Below are positions 41,810-50,536 of a stretch of 60,715 nucleotides of DNA, piece after piece. Source of the stretch: a virus; the IMG/VR virus record IMGVR_UViG_3300045988_118650; one strand, written 5' to 3'. The number at the start of each line of letters is the position of its first letter. Within the stretch, counting starts at the first letter, position 1. The notes beneath the pieces were generated by a model, which was not told where the DNA came from, made no database searches, and worked only from the letters and a program-made list of their open reading frames with translations. The translations under genes were made by a program, and so were the position numbers.

Positions 41810-44314
41810 TCAGGCTCCTTCCATGCTTTCCAGTAGATCAAAGAGGGTCGGTGCGTTCTGCTGGGCGTCTGCTGCTTCGAGGTAGCCCACACCGTCGCGG
41901 AAATAGTCCGGGTTCAGTTCGACGCCCTTTCCCCGGCGGCCCATCTTGACGGCTTCATACGGGACGGTGAAAAGACCGGCAAAGGGGTCGGCTACCAGCT
42001 CGCCGGGGTTTGAGTAGCGGTTGATAAGCCGCTCCACGATGTCGATCTGCAAGGGACAGACGTGCATCTGCTTGCGGCGCTGGCTCTGGCTTGTGTTCAG
42101 GGTCTTCATGCGGTTGATATCGTCCCAGACGGTCATATCCCAGCTTCCCGGGGCGACGACCATAAACGTGGACGGCAGGCGGCCGTCCTTGTCCAGACTT
42201 TCGGCCAGCCTAACGTGCTCTGCGTAAGAATAGACTGTCTCGCGGCTGAATTTGCGGTACAGGCTTTGCAGTTTCGAGGTCGGCACCTTTTCGAGATCCT
42301 CACGGCTAAAAGGGCGGTCGCCGCTGCTGCGCCAGAATGCGTGTGCATCGAGCTGCCATTGTGCGCGGGTGTATTCGTCCTTGCTCTTGGCGACACGGAC
42401 GTCCGCATATCCCTTGCTGTGGTCTGTGGGGAGCTTGCGGAACAGCAAGATGTATTCCGGGCAGCCGACGCCCATCTTGGTGCCGTCCTTGCACTGCTCC
42501 GTCCATCCCAATCTGTAAGTTTGATTATTTTCTCGCACGACGTCGGTCACGACGGTGATCATGCCGAAATAGGCAAAGCCATGCTTGATAAAGTGGGAGA
42601 TGCAGTCGGCGTGAAACGGTTCGATAGTCGGCATTCCCATGCCGGTGACGTTGCCAAACTGGACGCGGTCTTTTACGTGAATCGCAGCCACGCGGCCGGG
42701 CTTCAGAGTCCGCAGCAGCTCCGGCGTCAGATAGTCCATCTGCTCAAAGAATGCGTTGTCGTCTGGGTTGTGCCCGAAATCGTTGTACGACGGAGAATAT
42801 TCGTAGTGATTGCCAAAGGGGATGCTGGTCACATACAGGTCGATGCTGTCGGTCTTCCAGTTCTTGATTTCCTCGACGCAATCGTTGTTGATTGCGGTAT
42901 AGCTCTTTCCGGTGATTTCCACGCGCTCACATCCTATCGTTCTTTTGAGGGATTCCAAGGCAAGGCTGCCAAGGCCGTATTCTTTGATGATCTGCTCCAT
43001 CTTCTCGCTGAGTTCGTCATACTGACGCCACTTGCGCTGCAAGGCCAGCAGGATCTCCGTTTCAGTGTCCATGTATAGGATATCGATAATTACGGGCTTG
43101 TCCTGCAAAAAGCGGTAGATTCTGTGCACCGCCTGAATAAAATCGTTGAATTCGTAGTCAATGCCCATAAAGATTGCCCGGTGACAGAATCGTTGAAAAT
43201 TGCATCCAGAGCCGGACAGGCTCTTTTTTGTGCCGAACAGCCGGGTGCGGCCCTGCGCAAAGTCCATGACGCGCTTCTCGCGGGTTTCCAGCTCCATGCT
43301 GCCGTAGATGTCCACCATATCGGGGATGGCCTTTTTCAGAGCTTTGCGCTCATCTTCGAGGTCGTGCCAGATGACAAAGTGTTCATCCGGGCTGTCGTCG
43401 ATGATGGCCTTGCATTCTGCAGCCCTGATCTCGATGCTGTCCCGTTTTTCCTTTGCAGCGTCGGTCAGCCCCATCGCTGCATCATGGCCCAGCTTCATCT
43501 GACCGTCAGCTTCAAACTCCGCAGGACGGTCAAGGCTTCTAAGCTTGTGGTATCGGATGTTCATCGGCGGCAGGCTATACCCGGCGTCGGAAAAGCCCAG
43601 ATCAGAGGGCTTTTGCAGGAACAGCCCCCACGACGCGCACCAGATCCAGAATTCCTTTTCCCGGCCCGGATATAGTGTCAGGTTGTTCGCCTTTGTGCTG
43701 TCGCGCTTAAAGAATCGGGTCAGCGCCTGCCCGGTATCCATGACCTCCAGAAAGCCCGCATAGTGTATCAGCTCCTTGTAGCGGTTGGGGCTGGGCGTCG
43801 CGGTGTTGGTGAGCTTATAGCGGACGCCCTTAAATTTGAGCATAAATTCCTGATAGGTCTTGCTGCCAAAGCTGCGCAGGGTGGCCGCTTCGTCCAAGCT
43901 GACGGCCGTGAAGTAGTGCGGGTCGATATCGCCGTCGCGCACTCTCTCGTAATTGGTGAGGATGATCGGCGCGTCGCTGGCCTTGACCTCGGCCATGGTG
44001 CGGCAATAGGGCGGCTCCTGCATCCCCAGCAAGTTTACTGCGTCTGCCCGAAATTCCGGCATGACGTTCAGGGGCATAACGATCAGGGTTTGGCCGCCCT
44101 CATGCTTCTGGAGCTGGTTACACCATTCAAGCTGCATTGCGGTCTTTCCAAGGCCAAAACGAGCAAAGATGCCCCGGCGGCCGCCGCGTAATGCCCACAA
44201 GACGCTGGTGCGCTGGTGGGGCTTCAAGACAGGGTTGATCTCCGACGGGTCAACGTCGATGCCCGCAAGCGGGGCGATGTCGATCTTGTTTTCCAAAAAT
44301 TCTTTGTAGGTCAT
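41810..44314 (-). CDS. SNF2/DEAD-like helicase fused to an N6/N4 DNA methyltransferase
   Basis: Helicase motifs GLGKTAMQ, SLDEAATL and NTATPSP plus a helicase-C region. Methyltransferase motif IV is TSIPFG and motif I is VADPFAGLFTV (beta-class order). Confidence 0.85.
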   Translation of the reverse strand: MTYKEFLENKIDIAPLAGIDVDPSEINPVLKPHQRTSVLWALRGGRRGIFARFGLGKTAMQLEWCNQLQKHEGGQTLIVMPLNVMPEFRADAVNLLGMQEPPYCRTMAEVKASDAPIILTNYERVRDGDIDPHYFTAVSLDEAATLRSFGSKTYQEFMLKFKGVRYKLTNTATPSPNRYKELIHYAGFLEVMDTGQALTRFFKRDSTKANNLTLYPGREKEFWIWCASWGLFLQKPSDLGFSDAGYSLPPMNIRYHKLRSLDRPAEFEADGQMKLGHDAAMGLTDAAKEKRDSIEIRAAECKAIIDDSPDEHFVIWHDLEDERKALKKAIPDMVDIYGSMELETREKRVMDFAQGRTRLFGTKKSLSGSGCNFQRFCHRAIFMGIDYEFNDFIQAVHRIYRFLQDKPVIIDILYMDTETEILLALQRKWRQYDELSEKMEQIIKEYGLGSLALESLKRTIGCERVEITGKSYTAINNDCVEEIKNWKTDSIDLYVTSIPFGNHYEYSPSYNDFGHNPDDNAFFEQMDYLTPELLRTLKPGRVAAIHVKDRVQFGNVTGMGMPTIEPFHADCISHFIKHGFAYFGMITVVTDVVRENNQTYRLGWTEQCKDGTKMGVGCPEYILLFRKLPTDHSKGYADVRVAKSKDEYTRAQWQLDAHAFWRSSGDRPFSREDLEKVPTSKLQSLYRKFSRETVYSYAEHVRLAESLDKDGRLPSTFMVVAPGSWDMTVWDDINRMKTLNTSQSQRRKQMHVCPLQIDIVERLINRYSNPGELVADPFAGLFTVPYEAVKMGRRGKGVELNPDYFRDGVGYLEAADAQQNAPTLFDLLESMEGA

Positions 44315-44607
44315 CTCAAATCCTCCGGGGCGTTGTTGCAGCCCGTGACGGCTCCCAGCATATAGGCCATGCGGTCATACTCGCCCATCAAGACGCCCTC
44401 CACGCATGACTGCGGGACGTACTTGTTCATGTATTCGCCTGACAGGTTGGTCTTGATGCCGATGTAGCCCCGGCGCAGCTCCAGCTCAAAAACGTCTTCG
44501 GCGATGTGCCGGGTGTAGTAAAATTCAAAGCCGTCCTGCTTGGCGCGTTCGGCCATCGCGGCCAAAGGTTTGGATAGGTCATACGATGTGCTTCTAAATT
44601 CAATCAC
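44311..44607 (-). CDS. Hypothetical protein
   Basis: 98-aa ORF overlapping both neighbours by a few nt. Confidence 0.6.
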   Translation of the reverse strand: MIEFRSTSYDLSKPLAAMAERAKQDGFEFYYTRHIAEDVFELELRRGYIGIKTNLSGEYMNKYVPQSCVEGVLMGEYDRMAYMLGAVTGCNNAPEDLR

Positions 44608-45263
44608 TTAAATCCCCCCATTGATCAGACATTGCGTCAGCGACACCCGTGAATGTTTTTGCTCGATTTTTAGCGCGGTCTGTGGTAAACATACCCTTGT
44701 TGCGCTCATCATGCTTATGTGCGTAAGAACCAGACGGACACCATGTAGCAACAGGCTCCACAATATCTGTCGGGAATAGTGGCGGCAGATTTTTGAGCCA
44801 AAGACAGGTTTTCTTGCTGTATGGATGGCCGTATTCATACGGCTGGATGGCTTGTGTATATGGCGGCAGGCAGAAAACTCTGCTGGGAATTGGGTTTTCC
44901 ACACAAATTCTCGGTATGTCCGCCCACCAGAATCGCATGAAAAGATCGCGGCCCTCAATTCCTTTCATAACACGGTCGGGTTGAAGCACATGGCCTTTCC
45001 ATAGGTGTCTTGCGCCCGCATTGCTCAAATATGTGCAGGGCGGGTGTGCAATGAGCAAATCCCATGCGTCGATGTAATGGCATTTATCGTCCATGGTTAC
45101 AAGTTGCCCCCCCCCTCAAAGGCGGAACCGCGTCCCCAAGGATATGCCATTCAGGATGGCCACCGGACGGTTCTTGAATGTCGCAGGAATATGCTTCATG
45201 CCCGCGCCGCCTGAAAGCAGCACATACCGTCTGGCTTTCTTCGCAAGCTATTAAGACCTTCAT
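44600..45263 (-). pseudogene. C5-cytosine DNA methyltransferase-like gene split by a frameshift in a G9 tract
   Basis: The N-terminal piece (45084-45263; MKVLIACEESQTVCAAFRRRGHEAYSCDIQEPSGGHPEWHILGDAVPPLRGG) and the C-terminal piece (44600-45094; ..DLLIAHPPCTYLSNAG..VENP..) lie in different frames. Removing one G from the tract joins them. Confidence 0.75.
45107..45115 (-). repeat. Homopolymer C9 (G9 on the coding strand)
   Basis: Counted directly: aagttg-ccccccccc-tcaaa. Confidence 0.9.
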
Positions 45264-45823
45264 TCATCTGCTCCTTTCAAGATCCAGACCTTGTGCGTTC
45301 CGTATCCTGCCCAGTGCAGGGCGTCATCATGGCTGCCGGGCACGGCCACGTCAAGGTGCTTTCCCTGTACGCCGGAGCCTTTGTCCTGCACGACGCGGAC
45401 GCCTACGTTCTCGATGTAGATCACGGTGCCGAATGGCAGCAGGCTTTGGTCTGCTGCGACGGTCAGGTCTGCCGTGATAGGTGCGCCGCTGGCCGTGATT
45501 CCTGTACCAGTGCCGCAGATGTGGGGTCGCTTCTCTGTACAGTAGGCGGTGCAGGTGTATTCGCCGACGTATTCGGCGGCCATTCCTGCGGGCAGATCGC
45601 TTTCCGGCGCAGGCTGCTGGGTCGCGCTGTTGACCCGCTGCAAGTCCTCGATGATCTGTTCATCCTTCAAAGCCCGGTCTGACCAGTTTTCAAAGCGGGC
45701 GGCATAAATTGTGTAATAGGTTTCCAGCTCATTGATGCGGCGGTTCAGGATGTTGCCCTGTACGGCCATCGGGATGGCTCCGGCCAGCAGCGCAGTCACG
45801 ATGGCGGTCTGGATGCGGTTCAT
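45260..45823 (-). CDS. Secreted/membrane-anchored 3D-domain (RlpA/MltA-like double-psi barrel) protein
   Basis: N-terminal hydrophobic helix AIVTALLAGAIPMAV. C-terminal segment YTCTAYC..GTGTGITASG..VAAD..LPFGTVIYIENVG..VQDKG matches the 3D-domain pattern. Confidence 0.7.
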   Translation of the reverse strand: MNRIQTAIVTALLAGAIPMAVQGNILNRRINELETYYTIYAARFENWSDRALKDEQIIEDLQRVNSATQQPAPESDLPAGMAAEYVGEYTCTAYCTEKRPHICGTGTGITASGAPITADLTVAADQSLLPFGTVIYIENVGVRVVQDKGSGVQGKHLDVAVPGSHDDALHWAGYGTHKVWILKGADE

Positions 45824-46032
45824 CAGCGGTACTCCTTTCCTGTGGCCTTGTCATTGAAGATGACGCGGCCCACAACTTCCAGCCCTGCCAGATCTGCGGC
45901 CTGTTTGAGCGTTGCCATCATGGCGCTGATCTTGCGCAGGCGGTCGGCTTCCTCTTTGGCGTAGATGTTTTTCAAGGCCGCTGCGGGTGTGGGGTCTGCG
46001 TAGTGTTCAGCATTGCGGTTCAGTTGCTCCAT
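45823..46032 (-). CDS. Hypothetical protein
   Basis: 69-aa ORF. Confidence 0.55.
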   Translation of the reverse strand: MEQLNRNAEHYADPTPAAALKNIYAKEEADRLRKISAMMATLKQAADLAGLEVVGRVIFNDKATGKEYR

Positions 46033-46429
46033 CTGTGGCGTCCTCCTGTTTTTGTGGCGGCTGCGGCAGGTATGCCCAGCGGATGATACCGCCGTCGCGG
46101 TAGATTAAATCCCACGGCCATTTCCAGCGGTAGACGGTTTTATTGCGGACGACGGCCCGCTCATAAATCATCGTGTGTACCCGCTGCTCAGTTTTGAACA
46201 TAACGGCGACGGTGATTTCGCCGTGGCCGTTGACGTCGCCCGGAATGATAGGCATACCATCTTCGACGTTCGTCCAAGGGTCGGGCTGCTGTGAGATGGT
46301 CGGGGCCTGCAAGATCATTGCCATGATCTTTGACACGATGATGCCCGGCGGCTGTTTGAGCATGGAGCCGACCTCGGTTGAAAGCTGCTCATATAAGGCA
46401 ATGGCATCAATCGCCCGCTGTTTCTTCAT
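46007..46429 (-). CDS. DUF551-like protein
   Basis: DPWTNVEDGMPIIPGD...IRWAYLPQPP; ATG at 46427-46429 follows AGGAGG. Confidence 0.55.
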   Translation of the reverse strand: MKKQRAIDAIALYEQLSTEVGSMLKQPPGIIVSKIMAMILQAPTISQQPDPWTNVEDGMPIIPGDVNGHGEITVAVMFKTEQRVHTMIYERAVVRNKTVYRWKWPWDLIYRDGGIIRWAYLPQPPQKQEDATDGATEPQC

Positions 46430-46784
46430 GGCCGTCCTCCTGTTCAGGCTTTTCGATGCTGACTTCCATTGTGACCGTTTCGCCAGTGCGCTTCGTCCAC
46501 TGGTATTTGACGCTGGCTGCGTCGTATTTTTTGAGGTCGTCCAGCATATAGTCCCGAACGGCTTCAATGACCTGTTCGTTGATTTCTGTCGGCTGCTTGT
46601 TATCGTCCGTGTAGGTCTTTGCGTTAGCTTTCACAAAGTCAATGATTCTGGACAGGTCTTTGATGGACTGCTCGACTTTTGCGGCCCAAATGACGTTCGG
46701 GACGATGATCCGGTCGTTTTTAAGCCTTGTGCGCCAGCCTTCAAGGAAGTCCAGCAGGATATAAGCGTCAATTCTCTTCCTCAT
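46407..46784 (-). CDS. Hypothetical protein
   Basis: MRKRIDAYILLDFLEGW...; ATG at 46782-46784 follows AAAGGAG. Confidence 0.6.
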   Translation of the reverse strand: MRKRIDAYILLDFLEGWRTRLKNDRIIVPNVIWAAKVEQSIKDLSRIIDFVKANAKTYTDDNKQPTEINEQVIEAVRDYMLDDLKKYDAASVKYQWTKRTGETVTMEVSIEKPEQEDGHEETAGD

Positions 46785-47013
46785 GCTTCGGCTCCTTTCT
46801 GGTGTTCCACTTCCTGACCTCGACGGGAGATGCGTCAAGCACAAATCCATACCCAAGCGGGCACTTGTCCGTTTCGGTGTGCTTGTAGTAGTTCATGCGA
46901 AATTCAGAGATGACCTTCCCGGATGTCGTTTCAATTGGCGAAAGCTCCGTGACGAGTTGCAGTTGTTCGCCGCAAAATGGACACGGATTCGGTTTTACTA
47001 AAGTGCATTTCAT
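46768..47013 (-). CDS. Lar-family restriction-alleviation-like zinc-ribbon protein
   Basis: CPFCGEQL...CPLG...VRKWNTR matches the Lar-family pattern CPFCG...WN(R/T)R. Confidence 0.6.
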   Translation of the reverse strand: MKCTLVKPNPCPFCGEQLQLVTELSPIETTSGKVISEFRMNYYKHTETDKCPLGYGFVLDASPVEVRKWNTRKEPKHEEEN

Positions 47014-47354
47014 TCAGGATCTCCCTCTTCCGTTTTTTCCGGGTCTTCCGGCTTTTCCATCCAGTGCGTGACGTCGTCCAGAAATGCACAGGTGTTGGCG
47101 TCCAGCCACCTTTTGTGGATTTCGTGGTCAAAGAATCCCATAACAGAGCCGATGCCATCGCGGCACACGATGACGTCCCGGCTGTCCTCCGGCGGGTCGG
47201 TTTTGGCGTCATGCCAGCGCATACGGTTGGCAGTTTCCAGCCGCTTCATAGCCCGCTGCTGCTCCTGCTCGTCCTTGCAAAAGATCGTGATGTTGTAGTC
47301 ATCATCGTAAAGTTCGGCTTTGCCGTTATCGTCAATGTAGAGAATAGAGTTCAT
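47010..47354 (-). CDS. DUF551 protein
   Basis: RWHDAKTDPPEDSRDVIV...VTHWMEKPEDP. Confidence 0.65.
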   Translation of the reverse strand: MNSILYIDDNGKAELYDDDYNITIFCKDEQEQQRAMKRLETANRMRWHDAKTDPPEDSRDVIVCRDGIGSVMGFFDHEIHKRWLDANTCAFLDDVTHWMEKPEDPEKTEEGDPE

Positions 47355-47357
47355 TTT

Positions 47358-47705
47358 TTACTCCTTTGATTTGCTCGGTTCATGTGCAGGCATCCAGAAT
47401 GGAAGATCTTGGGGGTAGAGTACGACGTTCTGCCAGAACGTAACATCAAGGTGCCTGCTTGCTGCTGCCCAAACGATTATGCCGCCCGTCCTATCTGCAT
47501 CCGCTTCTGTCGGCGGGTGCAGCCTGGAATTCTGCCACTGCTGCGGCGTATTGTTGACCGCAGGCGCATTTTCTATCATCTCGATTTCGCTTGCTGCATC
47601 GCACCAACTGTGGCACTGCTGGTGGCTGTATCCACCGGGGCAGTCTTGGCAGCACTTTTCTTTGAACGCTTTCAGAAGCGGCTCCCGCTCGATACAATCA
47701 TCCAT
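47358..47705 (-). CDS. DUF551-like protein with Cys-rich N-terminus
   Basis: QWQNSRLHPPTEADA..IIVWAA...PFWMPAHEP. Confidence 0.55.
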   Translation of the reverse strand: MDDCIEREPLLKAFKEKCCQDCPGGYSHQQCHSWCDAASEIEMIENAPAVNNTPQQWQNSRLHPPTEADADRTGGIIVWAAASRHLDVTFWQNVVLYPQDLPFWMPAHEPSKSKE

Positions 47706-48126
47706 TTACATCCTCCTTGAACGTCCACATAACGGGCGTGTTCGCACCGCTCCATTTGGAGCAAAGCGGCTCATAGCCGCAGCCGATGCAGGCAGAGTGC
47801 AGCTTCAGCCGTGCCGCCTGCTGCGTCCGTCCCTTGCAGAACTGGGACAGGAGCTTGACCGCTTTTTCAGCTTCCAGATGGTTTGCAGCACAGTTATAGC
47901 GGCAGCTTTTGGTCATGGCGTCATAATCGCAGTCGTCGGAATATACGCCGTTTGGATGCTGGCATTCATCGCAGAGCATCAGGCGGCCGCCGCAGTAGGG
48001 GCAGGTGGCCTTGTAGCCGTTCTGCTCGACGTCCCAGACCATCGAGACCTCGTTGTCGCAGTTGGGGCAGACTTCCGTCACAAGGCGGCGGTCATCGTCC
48101 GGGCGGTCATTCAGATAGTTGCTCAT
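47698..48126 (-). CDS. Cys-rich zinc-finger protein
   Basis: CPNCD..CPYCGG..CDEC..CIGCG. Confidence 0.6.
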   Translation of the reverse strand: MSNYLNDRPDDDRRLVTEVCPNCDNEVSMVWDVEQNGYKATCPYCGGRLMLCDECQHPNGVYSDDCDYDAMTKSCRYNCAANHLEAEKAVKLLSQFCKGRTQQAARLKLHSACIGCGYEPLCSKWSGANTPVMWTFKEDVNG

Positions 48127-48325
48127 CGCTGGTCCTCCTGTTGAAGTAGTCCACCGGGGATGCCCCGAAACAGTCGCACGGGGTATTGTTAAAGCTGACG
48201 ATCGCGCCGCACTCCCGCTTGTTGGTGCAGGCGATGAAGTCAGGGCCTTTTCTCATAAGGCGCACCGTGACAGGTGCGCCGCAAAACGGGCAGGGCTTGC
48301 AGCCGTTTGAAACGTGTGCTTTCAT
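48107..48325 (-). CDS. Lar-family-like zinc-ribbon protein (second copy)
   Basis: CKPCPFCGAPV...CTNKRECG...DYFNRR. Confidence 0.55.
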   Translation of the reverse strand: MKAHVSNGCKPCPFCGAPVTVRLMRKGPDFIACTNKRECGAIVSFNNTPCDCFGASPVDYFNRRTSDEQLSE

Positions 48326-48696
48326 TCAATCTTTTCTCCTTTCGTGACGCCGATGTCATATCCTGCATCAAAATCTTCGGCAGTGACGCCGCAGTTTGCA
48401 AAGCCGCGGATAAAGGTTTCCTTGCCATGCTCGAAAGCCTGATCTTTGCTTGTTGCTGTGATCTTATAGAACGCTGCGCAATAGCTGGACGTGTTTTCCG
48501 GCTTCGGCAGTATGCAGACCTCATACCGCATCAGGCCAGCGTCCTGCATGGCTTTGACGACGGCGGCGCGTTCGTCCCGCAGCTCGTCGATGTCATCTTC
48601 CAGCACCGGGGAGATGTGCATACCACTGTGAATAAAGTTCTTCATATCGGCGTAGGCGATTTCCAGATCGCGGTCGATTTCTTCAAGGCTTCTCAA
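48322..48696 (-). CDS. Hypothetical protein
   Basis: 124-aa ORF. Confidence 0.6.
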   Translation of the reverse strand: MRSLEEIDRDLEIAYADMKNFIHSGMHISPVLEDDIDELRDERAAVVKAMQDAGLMRYEVCILPKPENTSSYCAAFYKITATSKDQAFEHGKETFIRGFANCGVTAEDFDAGYDIGVTKGEKIE

Positions 48697-48980
48697 TGCC
48701 GCATCCTCCCGACAAACGTCCCCGCGTACAGGCGCGGGCCGATGGTGTAGTGGTAGTATTCGTGCCCGCTCTGGATGCTGTCAGGCGTTCCGGGGACGGG
48801 CTTCAAGACCAGCGGATGCCCGGCAACGTATACGGTGTATTCCGCGCCCTGAACGAGATCTCGCATCCAGCTTTCGGCCGGTGTGGCGTCCTTGCTCTGG
48901 CCATCCATGCAGCAGATGGTCGTCCGGCCAGCCTGCAGCGGCATGGAAAAGAAAGAAAGCTGCTCACAGCTTTGCATCAT
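48693..48980 (-). CDS. Hypothetical protein
   Basis: 95-aa ORF. Confidence 0.55.
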   Translation of the reverse strand: MMQSCEQLSFFSMPLQAGRTTICCMDGQSKDATPAESWMRDLVQGAEYTVYVAGHPLVLKPVPGTPDSIQSGHEYYHYTIGPRLYAGTFVGRMRH

Positions 48981-49212
48981 TGTCAGCCCTCCATCCTATA
49001 AAGTCGCAAATGCAGAGGTTCTCCGGGTCGCAGCGGTGAAACATTTCTACGGACTGCGAAAGCTGCGAGCCTTGAACGACTGGCACATAATCATCGATAT
49101 TTTTGAAAATATCGGCAAGCATCCATTCTGTGCTGTACGTCAATCGTGCGTCGTTGATAATGAGTTGTCCGCAGTTGCGGCATTTGAAGATGCGTTTGAA
49201 AGTTCTTGCCAT
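48964..49212 (-). CDS. Small CxxC protein (paralogue of 49140..49457)
   Basis: FKCRNCGQL...MFHRCDPENLCICDF. Confidence 0.55.
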   Translation of the reverse strand: MARTFKRIFKCRNCGQLIINDARLTYSTEWMLADIFKNIDDYVPVVQGSQLSQSVEMFHRCDPENLCICDFIGWRADNDAKL

Positions 49213-49457
49213 GTTGACCTCGCCTTTCGTGTTCCCTGAAATTCCGCTACGCCGTAGTTGCCATCTTTGCAGCAGTGCATTTCAAACATGGTCGGTGTGA
49301 CTTCCGGCGTCGAGCAGGGCGTATCCAAACCGCTTGCCCGCATGATTTCATGGAGAGTGCCTTTCCATGCTGCGATCTCGCTATTCGTTCCGCTGGGAGT
49401 GTATATTTCCCCACAAAGGCGGCATTTGTAGACGTTTACATATTTCGTCAGTGCCAT
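49140..49457 (-). CDS. Small CxxC protein
   Basis: YKCRLCGEIY...MFEMHCCKDGNYGVAEF. The 3' tail overlaps the next gene by 73 nt. Confidence 0.5.
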   Translation of the reverse strand: MALTKYVNVYKCRLCGEIYTPSGTNSEIAAWKGTLHEIMRASGLDTPCSTPEVTPTMFEMHCCKDGNYGVAEFQGTRKARSTWQELSNASSNAATADNSLSTTHD

Positions 49458-49458
49458 A

Positions 49459-49797
49459 TCAGCCCCACCTTTCTTTCAGACGGGCCGTGCATTCTTTGGA
49501 CTTTGCCACGATGTAGTCGGCAAAGTCCTCCGGCGACATATCTTCCTGCAAAAAGCCCATCATCATCTGTTCGTATGGTTCGGCAATTTGGGAAAGCTTG
49601 GCAGTCTGTTCTTCGCTCAATTCCAGCTCTGCAGAAAAGTTGTAGATCAAGGCGCCCCATGTGTCATTGACGCCGCCCAGCGCCATCTTAAAGCCGTACA
49701 CCTGATTCAGCCGGGCTATCTTGCGCAGATTCATTCGCTTGATGGTGCCGCCACAGATTGGGCAGCAGCCGATCTTGATTTTTTCGGACTTATCCAT
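49459..49797 (-). CDS. Hypothetical CxxC protein
   Basis: MDKSEKIKIGCCPICGGTIKR...; ATG at 49795-49797 follows AGGAGGG. Confidence 0.55.
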   Translation of the reverse strand: MDKSEKIKIGCCPICGGTIKRMNLRKIARLNQVYGFKMALGGVNDTWGALIYNFSAELELSEEQTAKLSQIAEPYEQMMMGFLQEDMSPEDFADYIVAKSKECTARLKERWG

Positions 49798-50533
49798 TCT
49801 TCCGGCCCTCCTGCTGGTTCTTTTTAGCGATGGCATCGGGCCATAATTCAGGCCGAACACAATCGGCCAAGATGCAGCCCTCGCCGGTCGTTGCAAAGAT
49901 ACAGCCGCCGGGTTCACATTCGGTCTGCTGCTTGCAGTAGTCGCTCAAATCCTGCGCCTGTGCAGCAGCTTTGTCGTCAACGGTCTTTTTGCAGATGGAG
50001 CCGGTTTCAAGTTCAATGCGGTCGCGGGTGCGCTGCACTTTGTACGCCTTGATGGACAAAAACACGTCGTTCGCGATGCTGTACTTCTTGATCAGCCACT
50101 TGATAGTGGAAACAAGGCCGCCCATGCAAAGCTCCAGATCGTCCTTTGCATTGCGGCTGTTGAAATGTGCTTCCTCTTTGGATGAATAGATATTTCCGCT
50201 CATGTTCATCTGCGCCCTGCGGTACTTATTGATGCTCTTGATCGGGGCGGCCAGATTCCAGATGCAGGACAAAAAGCTGTCCAAGTTGACGTTATCATTG
50301 GTGTACGACCATGCAACGCCCGCGATGTTGTCGGCGTCCAGCGGCAGCAGATGCTCAAGCTGCTCGATCAAGAGCTCAACGTCCGCGATTTCCTCGGCGA
50401 TGTGCTGCGGATCCCCTTCAACAACGGCCTGAATGAGTTCGGCCAGTTCTTCGGTGAATTGGTTCATCTGCGGGTTCTGGCCGTAGTATTTGGCGTTGTT
50501 CAGGTTCATGGTGGTGATTTCTTTCTCGATCAT
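49790..50533 (-). CDS. Hypothetical protein with possible MazG-like NTP-pyrophosphohydrolase N-terminal domain
   Basis: FTEELAELIQAV..EEIADVELLIEQLEHLL resembles the MazG EExxE/ExxD helices. The functional call is weak. Confidence 0.5.
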   Translation of the reverse strand: MIEKEITTMNLNNAKYYGQNPQMNQFTEELAELIQAVVEGDPQHIAEEIADVELLIEQLEHLLPLDADNIAGVAWSYTNDNVNLDSFLSCIWNLAAPIKSINKYRRAQMNMSGNIYSSKEEAHFNSRNAKDDLELCMGGLVSTIKWLIKKYSIANDVFLSIKAYKVQRTRDRIELETGSICKKTVDDKAAAQAQDLSDYCKQQTECEPGGCIFATTGEGCILADCVRPELWPDAIAKKNQQEGRKNG

Positions 50534-50536
50534 GGT

